Assembly (NCBI GenBank): GCA_013265495.1
Contig: MU058824.1
Span: forward strand, 4,803,111 to 4,867,110
Length of the DNA stretch: 64,000 nucleotides
Source of the DNA: Vicugna vicugna
Taxonomy: Eukaryota
Direction of reading: 5' to 3'
Shown piece by piece: positions 33,991 through 45,690 of this stretch. The translations under genes were made by a program, and so were the position numbers. Under the pieces are notes generated by a model. The model ran no database searches. It worked only from the letters and a program-made list of their open reading frames with translations, and had not been told where the DNA came from. The first letter of the stretch is position 1, and each line of letters opens with the position of its first letter.

Positions 33991-34522
33991 ACATGGAAGC
34001 AACCTAAATGTCCATCGACAGATGATGGATAAAGAAGTTGTGGTATATTTATACAATGGAATACTACTCAGCCACAAAAAATAAAATAATGCCATTTGCA
34101 GCAACACGAATGGACCTGGAGACTGTCACTCTAAGTAAGCCAGAAAGAGAAAGAAAAATACCATATGATATCACTTCTACGTGGAATCTCAAAGAAAGGG
34201 ACAAACTTAACTTACAAAACAGAAACAGACTTACAAACATAGAAAACAAACTTATGGTTACCAGAGGAGGAAGGGTGTGGGAAGGGATAAATTGGGAATT
34301 TGAGATTTGCAGATACTAAGTAATACATATAAAATAGATAAACAATAAGTTCATACTGTATAGCACAGGGAACTCTATTCAATATCTTATAGTAACTTAT
34401 GGTGAAAAAGAATATGAAGATGAATATATGTATATTCATGTATGACTGAAGCGTTATGCTGTACACCAGAAACTGACACAACGTTGTAAACTGTCTATAC
34501 TTCAACATAAATATATGTACAA
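33991..34522 (+). mobile_element. Young 5'-truncated L1
   Basis: WYIYTMEYYSA..KIMPFAAT.MDLE ORF2 end plus 3'UTR; TSD AAACTCATAA at 33981-33990 and 34523-34532. Confidence 0.9.
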
Positions 34523-34537
34523 AAACTCATAATATTT

Positions 34538-34973
34538 TTTTAAAAATTTAAGAACAGTTGATTTACAATATTATATCGGTTTCTGGTGTACAGCATGGTG
34601 GTTCAGTTATACATATATATTCTTTTTCAAAATAGGTTATTACAAGATATTGAATATAGTTCCCTGTGCTATACAGTAGGGCCTTGTTGTTTACCTATTT
34701 TTGTATATAGTAGTTTGTATCTGCTAATCCGAAACTCCTAGTTTATTCCTCCTCCCACCCCTACCTTTGGTAACCATAAATTTGTTTTCTATGTCTGTGA
34801 GTCTATTTCTGTTTTGTACATAAGTTCATTTGTGTCATTTTTTAAAATTCCACATACAAGTGATATCATCTGATAATTGTCTTTTGTGGCCTGACTTACT
34901 TCACTTAGTATGATAATCTCTAGGTCCATCATGTTACTGGAAATGGCATTATTTCATTCTTTTTTTATGGCTG
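34538..34973 (-). mobile_element. 5'-truncated L1 (antisense), tail-to-tail with the previous copy
   Basis: Same L1 3'UTR family in reverse; flanked by AAACTCATAATATTT (34523-34537) and AAACTCACAATATTT (34975-34989). Confidence 0.88.
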
Positions 34974-36520
34974 TAAACTCACAATATTTAAATTGCCTGA
35001 TACTTAGCCACTTCCTCCCACTGAAACCCTCTTTTTCCTTTGGTTTCTATAACACCAACCCTCCTCGTTCTAATTCTTAGATCATTCTTTATTGTTTAAT
35101 AAAACAATGCCTGGTCCATATTTAAATACAGATTTATAGCAAGACTCAGACCTGAAGTCCTGAACTTACAGAATTAAATCTCTAATAGCCTATTAGGTAC
35201 TTCTTACTATTACCTCAAATTCAACACATCTAAAACCAAACCAATTTTTCTATTTCAAATCAGTTTTCTTTGGACTACCAGTAACACAAAATTGAAAATA
35301 TAAGAATCCTCTATCTTCATAGTCAGATGATCACCAAGTCATGCTGAGTCTTCCTTCCAATATTTTAGGTATTGATCTAATATTTTATTGTGCTTTTACT
35401 AAATTCCAACTATTATGCTAAGCACTTACATTATCTCATTTAATCCATATAACCACTCTCTAAGTATTATTATCTCTATTTTATGGATGAGAAATCTGAG
35501 GCTCAGGGATATTAAATAACCTTCCTAAGGTAACCCAGTCAGTAATGTCTGATCTGGGATTCAGATGCAGATCTGTCTGATTCCAAAGTCAGTGTTCTTA
35601 ACCACCTGTTACTTTGCCTACCCATCTTTATTCCTGTCATCCTAGTTCAGACCCGCATCACCAATCCTCTGAATTATTATATAATCTTCTAACTAGTTTT
35701 CTTGCTTTCATTGTGGCTCTTCCCTCCCAGCTATCCTGTATAATACTGACACAAGACTGATCTCCCCAAAGAACTGCCTTCAATATGTCACCTTACTATT
35801 AAACTTCTAGTGGCTCCCAACTGTCTATAGGATAATCCAAATTCCTTAATGTAGTCTTCAAAGTTCCTTCCTACTTATCCAATCATGGTCCGTCACATGC
35901 CAAATTTATTCTGAAGTTTGATTTTTGGCCCACTCCACTGGGAAGATATCTGGAATGCACTCCCTGTTTCCCTTCACTTTTTTTTTTAAGGTTCTAGGTC
36001 AAATTCTACCATGTCTGGAAGCTTTTCTTTATCATAAAAGTCTTTCTTTTGAACTTCTTTAATACCAATGGTCTATACAAACTCACTTGGTACCAAGCCT
36101 TGGCCATTTTATTTTATTTATCCCTTGATGACAGCACACTTTTGGAGGGGCACTACGCCTTATATTTTGATAAGTAATTCTGAGCACAGAGCCTTGGCAC
36201 TTAGTAGGGCACCACCAATGTTTGTTTGGTAAAGCTATTGAATGGTAAGCCCTGCAGGCTAGCTGGACCCAAGTCAGCTTTCAGACGGCTAGCTTAGCCT
36301 GGGAATAGCATATTTGATGAGAAGGAGGAGAGGAAGGAAGTAAGATGAAAACTAAAAAGCTGAGCCTTAGTAAAGTGCTTAGTAAATAAATATTCAGTGC
36401 TAAGATCTTCAACTCTTAAGATCTCATTTCTCTCCATTTTCATACTGAGGATGGAAAGCTGACTGAGCACCATGTCTTCAGTCAGTTCTTCCCACCATTT
36501 GTTCCCACAGTCATGTTCCT

Positions 36521-36880
36521 AGAGCAAAGGTTGCAAAGTGACAGCCTGACGGTCACATCGTGTGTCAACAGGTTTTATGTGGTTTACACAGTAAAAATGC
36601 CACCATAAAATTTTTGGAGATTTCAAAAAAAAAAAATTTGTATTTCCAGTCTGTCCTGCTTGAAAAATCAGAAGAACTGCCACATCAGACCCTCATTCCT
36701 ACATGGTAACAATCAGCTGGAGAAGTGGGTGCCCTTGTAAAATGGGCATGTGCCCTTCAGTCTGACATGCTACCACCACTCTTTTTGGTCTTTTGTACTA
36801 GTCAGCTTCATTGGCTCACTTTACTCAATTGCTTTATTTGCCTGGATCCTATAAAGCATTTGAGTTTATAGCCCCTGCCC
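36521..36880. mobile_element. hAT-Charlie-type DNA transposon relic
   Basis: Degenerate termini CAAAGGTTGCAAA ... TTTATAGCCCCTG; subfamily uncertain. Confidence 0.45.
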
Positions 36881-37229
36881 AGAGTAACAGCTATGCTTTT
36901 CCATTATATCCTTAACCCCCTGATTTCCTCACATTACCACAACAATGTTCACTGCAGTATTATTTGTAACAGCAAAAAGTTGGAAACATTCTAAATGTCC
37001 AACAGAAAAATGGCTAATGAAATGGTGGTCTAGTCATGCAATGGAATATAATGGAATCATAGGAATTATGTTTATAATGAATGCTTACTGATAGAGAAAA
37101 AAGCTTAAAAGCTAATTTTAAAAAGTAAGATATCAAATTGTACAGAGACTTCTACTTCCTGAATTATGGTGAACATCTTAGTAAGGGAGCCCTTTCTACT
37201 ACAAAAAACTATATCCTGTATAACATATA

Positions 37230-37800
37230 CTTTAATTTTTAAATTTTTTAAATTGAAGTACAGTTGATTTACAATGTTGTGTTAATTTGTGGTGTACAGC
37301 ATAGTGATTCATTTATATTTATATATATTACATATGTATTTCTTTTCATATTCTTTTTCATTGTAGGCCATTACAAGGTATTGACTATATAGTTCCCTGT
37401 GCTATACAGTAGGACCTTAGTATCTACAAGCCCCAAACTCCCAATTTATCCCTCCTCAACCCCTTCCCCGCCTTGGTAACCATAAGTTTGTTTTCTATGC
37501 CTGTGAGTCTGTCTCTGTTTTGTAAATAAGTTCATTTGTGTTCTTGTTTTTTTTAGATTCCACATATAAGTGATATCATATGGTATTTTTTTTCCCTCTT
37601 TCTGGCTTACTTAGTGTAATGATCTTCAGGTGCATCCACGTTGCTGCAAATGGCATTATTTCATTCTTTTTATGGCTGAGTAGTATTCCATTGTGTGTAC
37701 GTATGTGTGTGTGTATATATATATATACCATATATGTATGTGTGTGTATATGTATATGTATATATACCACATATATATGTATGTGTGTGTGTGTGTGTAT

Positions 37801-37842
<42 letters not shown>

Positions 37843-37862
37843 CACATATACCACAACTTCTT
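37230..37862 (-). mobile_element. 5'-truncated L1 (antisense) containing a compound microsatellite
   Basis: Reverse ORF fragments HTMEYYSAIKRMK and NEIMPFAATWMHLKIITLS; same 3'UTR family as 3011 and 33991. Confidence 0.88.
37692..37850. repeat. Compound (TG)n/(TA)n/(CA)n microsatellite
   Basis: Directly visible. Confidence 0.9.
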
Positions 37863-40800
37863 TCTGTAAACCTACACTTCTTAAAGCATTTCAGGGATCA
37901 CAGTAAGTAGGAAAAATCTTCAAGGCTACTTTCCCCACTCCCAAAAGGGGAAAAACCATGAGCTATGTAATAAGCAAGAGGGAGGATAAAGGGTTTCTCA
38001 AAGGCTAGTTCCCAATGTATTCCTATTGTGATCAGAATGATGAGTCTTGGACCACTAGAAAGGCAAGAAAGCTAAATCCAAGACTCCCACATTAAGCTGA
38101 GACCCTTGAAGCAAGCTCAAGTGATCTAGGGTTGATGATTTCTCCCAACTTTTGGAGAAAGTATCTCCAACTTAAGTCGACAGGATTCTCAAGATTAAAG
38201 AGCAAGCAAAAATTAGTCTGTATCAAAAGATCACAAATAAACATAGAAGCAAGATACCATGAAAGAATAACAGAAAACAACAAATAATAGATTTAAACTG
38301 CAAGAACTTTGAATATTAAGAATGTCAGATATAGAATATAAATTAGCTATGTATGAAATGTTTTCAATAAAGGCTAAAATGTCAAAGATAAGCAATTAGC
38401 AAGAGATTATTAGAGAGATCCTGGGGTGCTGAAATAAAACACATATGAATATAACCATTGGCTAATCAGTATTCTTATGCCTAAACTAGGTTATTTTATA
38501 GGAAGTCACTAGGTGAAAAAAGGATGTGGAGGTTAAGGGGGAGATACGTCATACCTCCTGCTATAGATCTGAACAACAGTCTGCTCAAAACAGTGTGTGA
38601 AAGTGCTCTATAAATTATAAACATTTTATAGAAATGTAATGCATTGTTATTACTCTTTAAAAATGCATCCAACATCCACTGATGATTTTTGCCTGAATCA
38701 GTTATTTACTGTGATGGTTGAAAAATGATGATTTTCTCTTTATTATTCCTTCTACATTTACTCGCTGGCAATCTAATATAAGATTTCCCTTTTCCTTCTT
38801 ATTTGTTTATTTATTTACTTATTTTTGGTGTCAGTATAGATTCTTGGCTACTGCTGCATCTTTTTTTTTTTTAATTCAATGGGTCATAATCTACCGCTGG
38901 TATTACTGATTTTGATGCTTATTCTCTCTGACACAGCACTATTTGACTTTTTCACTGTTAAGACCTTGTGTACAAACTTTTAAAACTATTTATGTTAGAA
39001 TAACTTTTAGAAAAGTTGCAAAGTTGAGTGTTCCCATATGTCCTTCAACCAGTACCCCTAATGTTATCATCTTACATAGTCATAGGGCATTTGTCAAAAC
39101 AAGGAAATCAACATTGAGTACATTATTATTACCTAAACTTGCAGACTATATGGATTTTGCCAGTTTTCCCACTAATGTCCTTTTTTAAATTATTTGGCTG
39201 TTTAAAAACTAAATATGTACATCACTTTTATAAAACATTAACTGATTAAAAACAAAATAAAGCCAACCCCTTTCCCCTCAAAAGATATCCTGGAGGCTAC
39301 AGATAAACAGCTTGGATGATGTTTCATGTGTAGCTTAGTGAAGAAAAAGATCTGCATTTTCCATAATCAAGACATTGAGTAATTCTGGAAATTATCCAGG
39401 CAGGTGATTTTTAGTGAAAGCAAACAGTACTAAAAAATAGATAAGATTATGTGATCTTAGTACATCTCTGTCCCTAGTCCTTCCCAATAATTACTCTGCT
39501 TACCTTTCACCTCAGGATACTCTTTCTTGGAAATCAGCAGATAATATTTTTGCTTGTGTTAACCTAGTCAGATATCCCCTACACCAGCAACATCCTATGT
39601 CAGGTAACTCCTTTTGGCCATGCTTTCACCTCAGACTGCATGACTGGTTCCAGTGGGAAAGGTCAGAAGTGCTCTAATCATAATGAATAAAAGCAAGCTA
39701 TAATTTACTATACACTCTCTGATGTAGAAACATCCCAAAGCATTAATTAATATCATCTCAGGAGTCAATCAATTAATCAAACAAGCAATCAAGCCACAAA
39801 TATCCACTGTATACACTCCCACTGTGTATAAAGCACTGTGCCGGATATTTGGGGGTAAGAGCTCAACTTAGGGGCTCATAATTTTGTTAAAATCATTGCC
39901 AACACGCCTCTGGAGAGGGCTTGGGCAGCAAGAAAGATGTTTCAGGATGTGAGATCAGGGTTAGAGCAATGGTTTCAAACTTTTTCGGCCCCAGTACATA
40001 AAACAGAGCTACTCTGGTTGAAGCAGGGGAGAACCCTAGAGCTTAGAGGAAAAAATTCTGAAAACCTCTGTGCAGAGGCAAGACTAAGCATGGTTGGTTG
40101 GGGTCAAGGAAATGCGCAGTGAAACAAATTTTTAACTGATAGAAATCATCCTTCTTTCTTCATGGATCTCAAATCAAGCATGTTTGGAAAATGATGTCAA
40201 TTACCGCACTAAGAGCAGACTTACCGAGTTCAGAAAAGAACTTTCTGCGTGAATTCAGAAAAATCAGTTTGTGTAATTACCCTCCATGCCTGTCAAAGTT
40301 CTATGTCTTTATAGGCCATGAGATTTGATAGAGACTGAATTCCCTACAATACAAGTACTTCTCTTTGAAATGTGTGAGAGGCGCTGAAAGGGATTTGGAG
40401 ATTTAAGAATTAGTGGTAATAGTGGGTGTCTGGGCTGAGATGCAAGGAGAGAACAAACAGGTTGTTAGATGCTTGAGAGCACCTGGCTGTGGCATCAGGA
40501 GTCTCATTCCACAAAAGAAATAGCAGCCAACGCCCAGAAGCACATCTGTCTGTCCTCCGGGTTGTGTGTAGCTGCTCCAGGCTGAGGAGGCTGCTGCTCT
40601 GAACTGGCATCATGTTATTTTGGACTCCCAGTGAGGCCAGCCAGCCTGCTGGGAGTGTGTTGGAAGAAGACTAGCCTGAAAGGCTGTTCCAGACACACCC
40701 AGCTGCTTCCTTATCAGGCCTCCCTAATGCAGAGTCCTCTTTTGAAGCACAGAGCTTGATTTTCGTTTGGCTTCTCAAATATGTTACAGAAAGGTTCAGC

Positions 40801-41484
40801 TAACCGTCCACTCTCAAAAGTCATATACACTCTAGAAGAGGCTTGTCACTGAACTAAAATGGGCTCTTTCCTAGGACCACTTGGTGTGGGCATATCTTCT
40901 TTCTTCCAAGTCTTTCTCCTCCCTTATGAACTGAAATTTGCAGGCACATTTCATGTAATCAAAATCACAGACAGAACATCTAGGGGTGGAACTCCCAACA
41001 AGTTCAAAGACTTTTACCTCTCAGGCTCAGCTGTGCCTGAAGTTCCCAAAGCTCCAATTCAATGAATGGCGACTGTGAATTATAGCACCAGGAATTATAC
41101 CCAGGAAAAGCCCCTGACCCTCACTGAGCTGTAAAGGGTCGCTTTTCTTTATTCCATAAAAATATAGTAATAAACTCAGCTTTGTCCCAGGGTCTCCCTC
41201 TGCTCAAAAGGGATTATACCTAGAAAAATATTCTCTTCCACTAATGCAGCCAGCAAGTGTATGCCTTTCTCCGTTAGATCTATCATTTGATTCTCTCCCT
41301 AGCTCAACCCAGCACCTGTTTGGAGGCAGAAGGCTAAATCAGATGACTTCTTAAGGTCCCTTTCAGCTCTAATTACAAACTAAGCCCAATTAAAACCCTA
41401 GGCCCAAAGGAAGGTTCTTGTACAGTATGCTAATAGATGCCCTCCCTCTCATCCTTCTCCCTTTCAATATAAATACACAGATAG

Positions 41485-41517
<33 letters not shown>

Positions 41518-41520
41518 CAC
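41485..41520. repeat. (CA)n microsatellite, one interruption
   Basis: Directly visible. Confidence 0.9.
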
Positions 41521-42619
41521 CTCTACTTCCAAGTGCCTGGCTTCTCACTACTACAGTTAGTAGTCTCTAAAGATTGAGAATTTGCTGTAAACCTTACCTC
41601 TTTTGAGGATGTAGGTTAGGGAGAAAGAGAAGAACTATAGAGAATTAGGAAAGATTTAGTTCCTACCTTGACAGACAGTTCTTCAGATGAGGGTATGGAA
41701 GATACAGCAGTAGATAAAGAGATGGAGAGATAAGGCCTCCTAATGCTAGGTGCAGGTGCGCAGCCAAGGAGCAGGAAACCACCAACACCAGAGACAGTTA
41801 CTAGGGGTGGATGCTGAAAGGTCCAGCGTGGGCAGCACTGCTTGGAGGACAGCTCTCAAGTGTATATTTGCAGAAGCAGGTTAGCTGGGTCAAAAAACGC
41901 CCCTATGCTTCTCCTTGATTGTTCAGTGTGGTCAACAACCCCTTGCTCTTCCTTTGGCTACTCCTTTTGGCTCCTAGACTCCAGGAAGCAAGGCCAGAGT
42001 GTTTTCTGCTTCCCCTCCCCCCAGGCAGTGGACTGAGGCGTGCAGGCTGGTTAGCTGCTAACCAATCAGACTGTCAAAAGCTGTAAATAAAAGGCCTCAT
42101 ATGCACAGTGAGGTAGGCTATGAGAACAATCTAGATTGAGTTACCACAAGCCAGTTGTGGGGACAGGGTAGGGGAGGTAGGAGAAAGAGGCGAGAGACAG
42201 CTAACTGCCCTTCAAGGAAATATTTTCATTCAAGCACACTCCTCCCTCAGCATGACTGCTGGAAGCCATCAAAGCTGCGCTCCTCCGGGAACTAGGTTCT
42301 GGTCTGGCTCTGCTCTCAGCAGAGGGGTCATAGTCCTTGAGACTCCTGAGTCAAGTCAAAAGCCTCTTCCTAGATGTGACATGTTTTCCAATAGACTTTA
42401 GATGAGAGTCTCTGGGTCCAACTCACAGTACTTGATAAGAGCACTGGGACTGCCTCACTGGCTGGTGGCAGCAAAGACCATTCTGTGTACCAGTTACTGT
42501 ACTTACTTTGGTTATAAGACTAAAGAGAGAGTAAAATGATATTTACTTAAACAAAAAAGTTTTAAACACGTGGCCAGAGTCTTGCCTGGGCCCTGAATAC
42601 TCAGGACCTATGTTCTGTA

Positions 42620-42850
42620 ATGATTCAAGAGTATGGATTTTGATGTTGACAGCTGTGGATTCAAATCTGACAAGCTACTTGCCAGCTGTGGATATAGGGA
42701 AGTTACTCAATTCCACCAAACTTTAACTTCCTCATTTGAAAAACCGTCATGATATTTTCCCTTCAAAGGCTTGAGGTAGAATTAAATAAGATACTGTATG
42801 TAAGTGCCTACCACAAGGTAAGTGCTCAGTCGTGGTCACCATTATTATTA
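42620..42850. mobile_element. MIR SINE (one of many MIR relics, others at ~4840, 6150, 27350, 28020, 35400, 48500)
   Basis: GGATTCAAATCTGAC...GGAAGTTACTCAA...TTCCTCATTTGAAAA...AATTAAATAAGATA...TAAGTGCTCAG core. Confidence 0.7.
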
Positions 42851-43642
42851 TATCTTTAGCAGACGACCAATGGAGTCCTTTCCTCTCTCCTTCCCCAATT
42901 TCCCAGAAAACCTAAAGACCCAAGGTCCAGGGAACTGTCAGGCAAAACTTCTTGAGAGCCAAAGAAACTGGAAAGAGTCAGGTTCCTTTTTTCCCTCCCC
43001 TGCACTAGAACTGAATCAATAATCCTCATGTGCCCATTACACTCTGGACTGGCAGGCTGGCCCTGGAAGCCTAAGGCTTTCTCAGACCAAAGATACTAAT
43101 CCATCTCTAGTATTACCTGTTGTGGGGCATGCTCCCAGACTGATGGTAATTCTCCAGGGGCCCCAGATCAGATTCCAGTAGATGTAGGAAAGAAACAGTC
43201 TGATCCCAAGCTGGCAGGATAGGTCTGTCCAGGCTGTTGTCTGCCCATCACAGCTGCCTGTGAGGCCTCTGGGTTAATAATAGCTACTCTGATGCCAATG
43301 GATTAAGACAGCACTGTAGGAGGTGTTTATTTTTACACTCTGGCGTCAGTATCAAGTTCTACTGGTTACTGCCCAAATCTAGGGCAGCTTCCTGCTACAG
43401 AAGTGGCCTCAGGCTTCTCCAGGATCCTAAGTTAGATTCTGGAGGAAATGAACCTTGTTGAAACAGTTCAGTATTAAAAGGGACAAGGAAGAGGAAAAGG
43501 AACAAACAGAGCTGTCGTATATCCAGCTATCTGGTCCCAAATCTCTGGGACCAGGTGGACCTGAATTGAGAGCTATTATTCACAGCATTTTCTTCAGTCA
43601 AGCAGGCCCTGGACAAGAGACCTAACACATTGTTTTAGAAGG

Positions 43643-43644
<2 letters not shown>

Positions 43645-43683
<39 letters not shown>
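43645..43683. repeat. (AC)n microsatellite, ~19 units
   Basis: Directly visible. Confidence 0.92.
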
Positions 43684-43684
<1 letters not shown>

Positions 43685-45459
43685 CTGGCTGCACTGAAAT
43701 GATCTGAATAAAATCAAGGAAAGCCTGTTACTCAACTAACCAGAAGCTCAGCCTTGACAATTACAAGTCCCCGATTAGTGCTGTGAATGCTGACCTTTTG
43801 AGAAAAAGAAAAAAGCTCACCTGAGAGAGTTTTATAGGATATTTGAAACATAGGGTAGTTAGGCTGGTCCTTATTTGATTTGCACAGAATTTTTAGCAAC
43901 TATATCAAATCCCTTGAAAATTTATTTGGCCAGAACTTCTTTCCTAGAAATGACACAACAGGACAGAAATACCAAGAAACCAACTCTCATCTGGCCAGGA
44001 GTCAGTGCCCAGAAAAATCTTTCCTGAAAGCATCTTTCTCCAACGCCTAGAGGCTGTGGTCCCAGGGATCTTATACTTTGACCACAGTTTCTGGAACTCT
44101 GTGGATATCCCACTCATGGCAGCTCCTTACACAGATTTCATCTTGGCCCATCAGGCAGACAGGGGTGTGAGGAGGCTGGCAGCTGGGCAGCTGATGTAAA
44201 TAGATGTAGACTGGCTTTCTGAGGGGTCATGTGCACGGCAGACCATTGTGGAATGACAAAAATGTACCACACACCAGGTAGGAATGCTGGAGTGCAAAGA
44301 AAGCAGCCAAGCAGCCAAGTACGCAATAACAGTGACTCCATCATCTTCCTGCCTAGGCTGACTCATAACCAACGTCAGAGACACAACATATCAGTATCTA
44401 AGGAGACAGGGTGCGGGCAGGAAGGGTAGGCTGGTGAACTACTCATTCAGTACATTTTCCCCCCGTCATTCAAGACTTATCTACCTGGTCATCATAATAA
44501 CAATGCAGCCTCAGAAACAACCAGATTTGATGACTGGAGATACAGGGTTTGATCTTAGCTCCATCTGGAAGCTACTCATGCCTAGGACAGTGGCAGGATG
44601 CCCAAGGACAGGAACACTGCTTTCATTCTTGGCTTTTTTCTGACTTGCTGGGTCATCTAGAGGCAGAGTACTTGTCCTCTCAAAGCTCTAGGTTTACGGT
44701 TTGGAAAGGGGGCTAAATGTATCCACCTTCTGGTGTTGTGACAAGAAAAAATATTTGAACAATTAGAATAATAAATAGCAAGAAACGTAAATGCTATAAA
44801 TTCTTTGGATCAAAGTAGTTCAGAAATATAACTGTCACTCACGCTTATAGGTAGAGAGCCCTGGACTTATGTATTTTTCCTTCTTCTAGGTCATGGTGGC
44901 CCTGTTGGGAAGTGAACCTGGTCTGTGTCTGGAGGTGCAGTTCCTTTCTTTCAGGCCTATAATCCCCACCAACTGTGTTGAAACAGTTAGGAATATGCTT
45001 ACCTAGACATAATGTATGACTTTCTACTAACATGTAATAGAGAAAGTAGAAATACACAAGCAAAAAATAAATACCTCTCTACTCAGACACTTGCTCCATC
45101 TGCAAACCTAATTCTCCCCTACACCCGGGCCCAGGACACTGATCTGAGGCTTGTATCCCATTGATACAGCATTGAGCAGTAGTATTTCAAACTGAACTTC
45201 GATTGAAAGCCTGATAAAGCAACGTTAATGAAAGGATGCATTCCACTGTCCAGTCAGAACAAAGGCAATACTGTATTTATTCTACATCTAACACAAGGCT
45301 TCACTCTTTCTAGCCCAGCAATCAGTTAGTTTGCCAGGTCTCCAGAGCTCTTGGAGAGAAGAAATAGAAACCTATTCTTCATTAATGCTGACACCTCTTT
45401 TTCTGCAAACGCCCACCCTGGGATTCAAAACAGATGTTCCCACATCTGGCAGCTTCTGC

Positions 45460-45690
45460 TGAGCTTTCAGCAAACCTTTTAGCAAGCTCTATCTGTAAAG
45501 GGCCAGACAGTAAAATGTAAACAGCCAAATAGTAAATATTTAGGCTTTGTGGGCCACAGAGTTCTGCCACATATCCCCCACCCTTTATTTTTTCCCTCAA
45601 ACAACTCTTTAAAAATGTAAAAACCATTCTTAGTTTGTGGGCCATAGGGCCACCCTGATATGGGCCATAATTTGCTGACCTCAGTTCTAG
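45460..45690. mobile_element. MER58-like hAT MITE
   Basis: CTGTAAAGGGCCAGACAGTAAA...TTTAGGCTTTGTGGGCCA...AATTTGCTGACCTC. Confidence 0.7.

Noticed and set aside
32695..34319. L1 ORF2-like peptides as functional genes
   Set aside because: Short, frameshifted, 5'-truncated retrotransposon remnants
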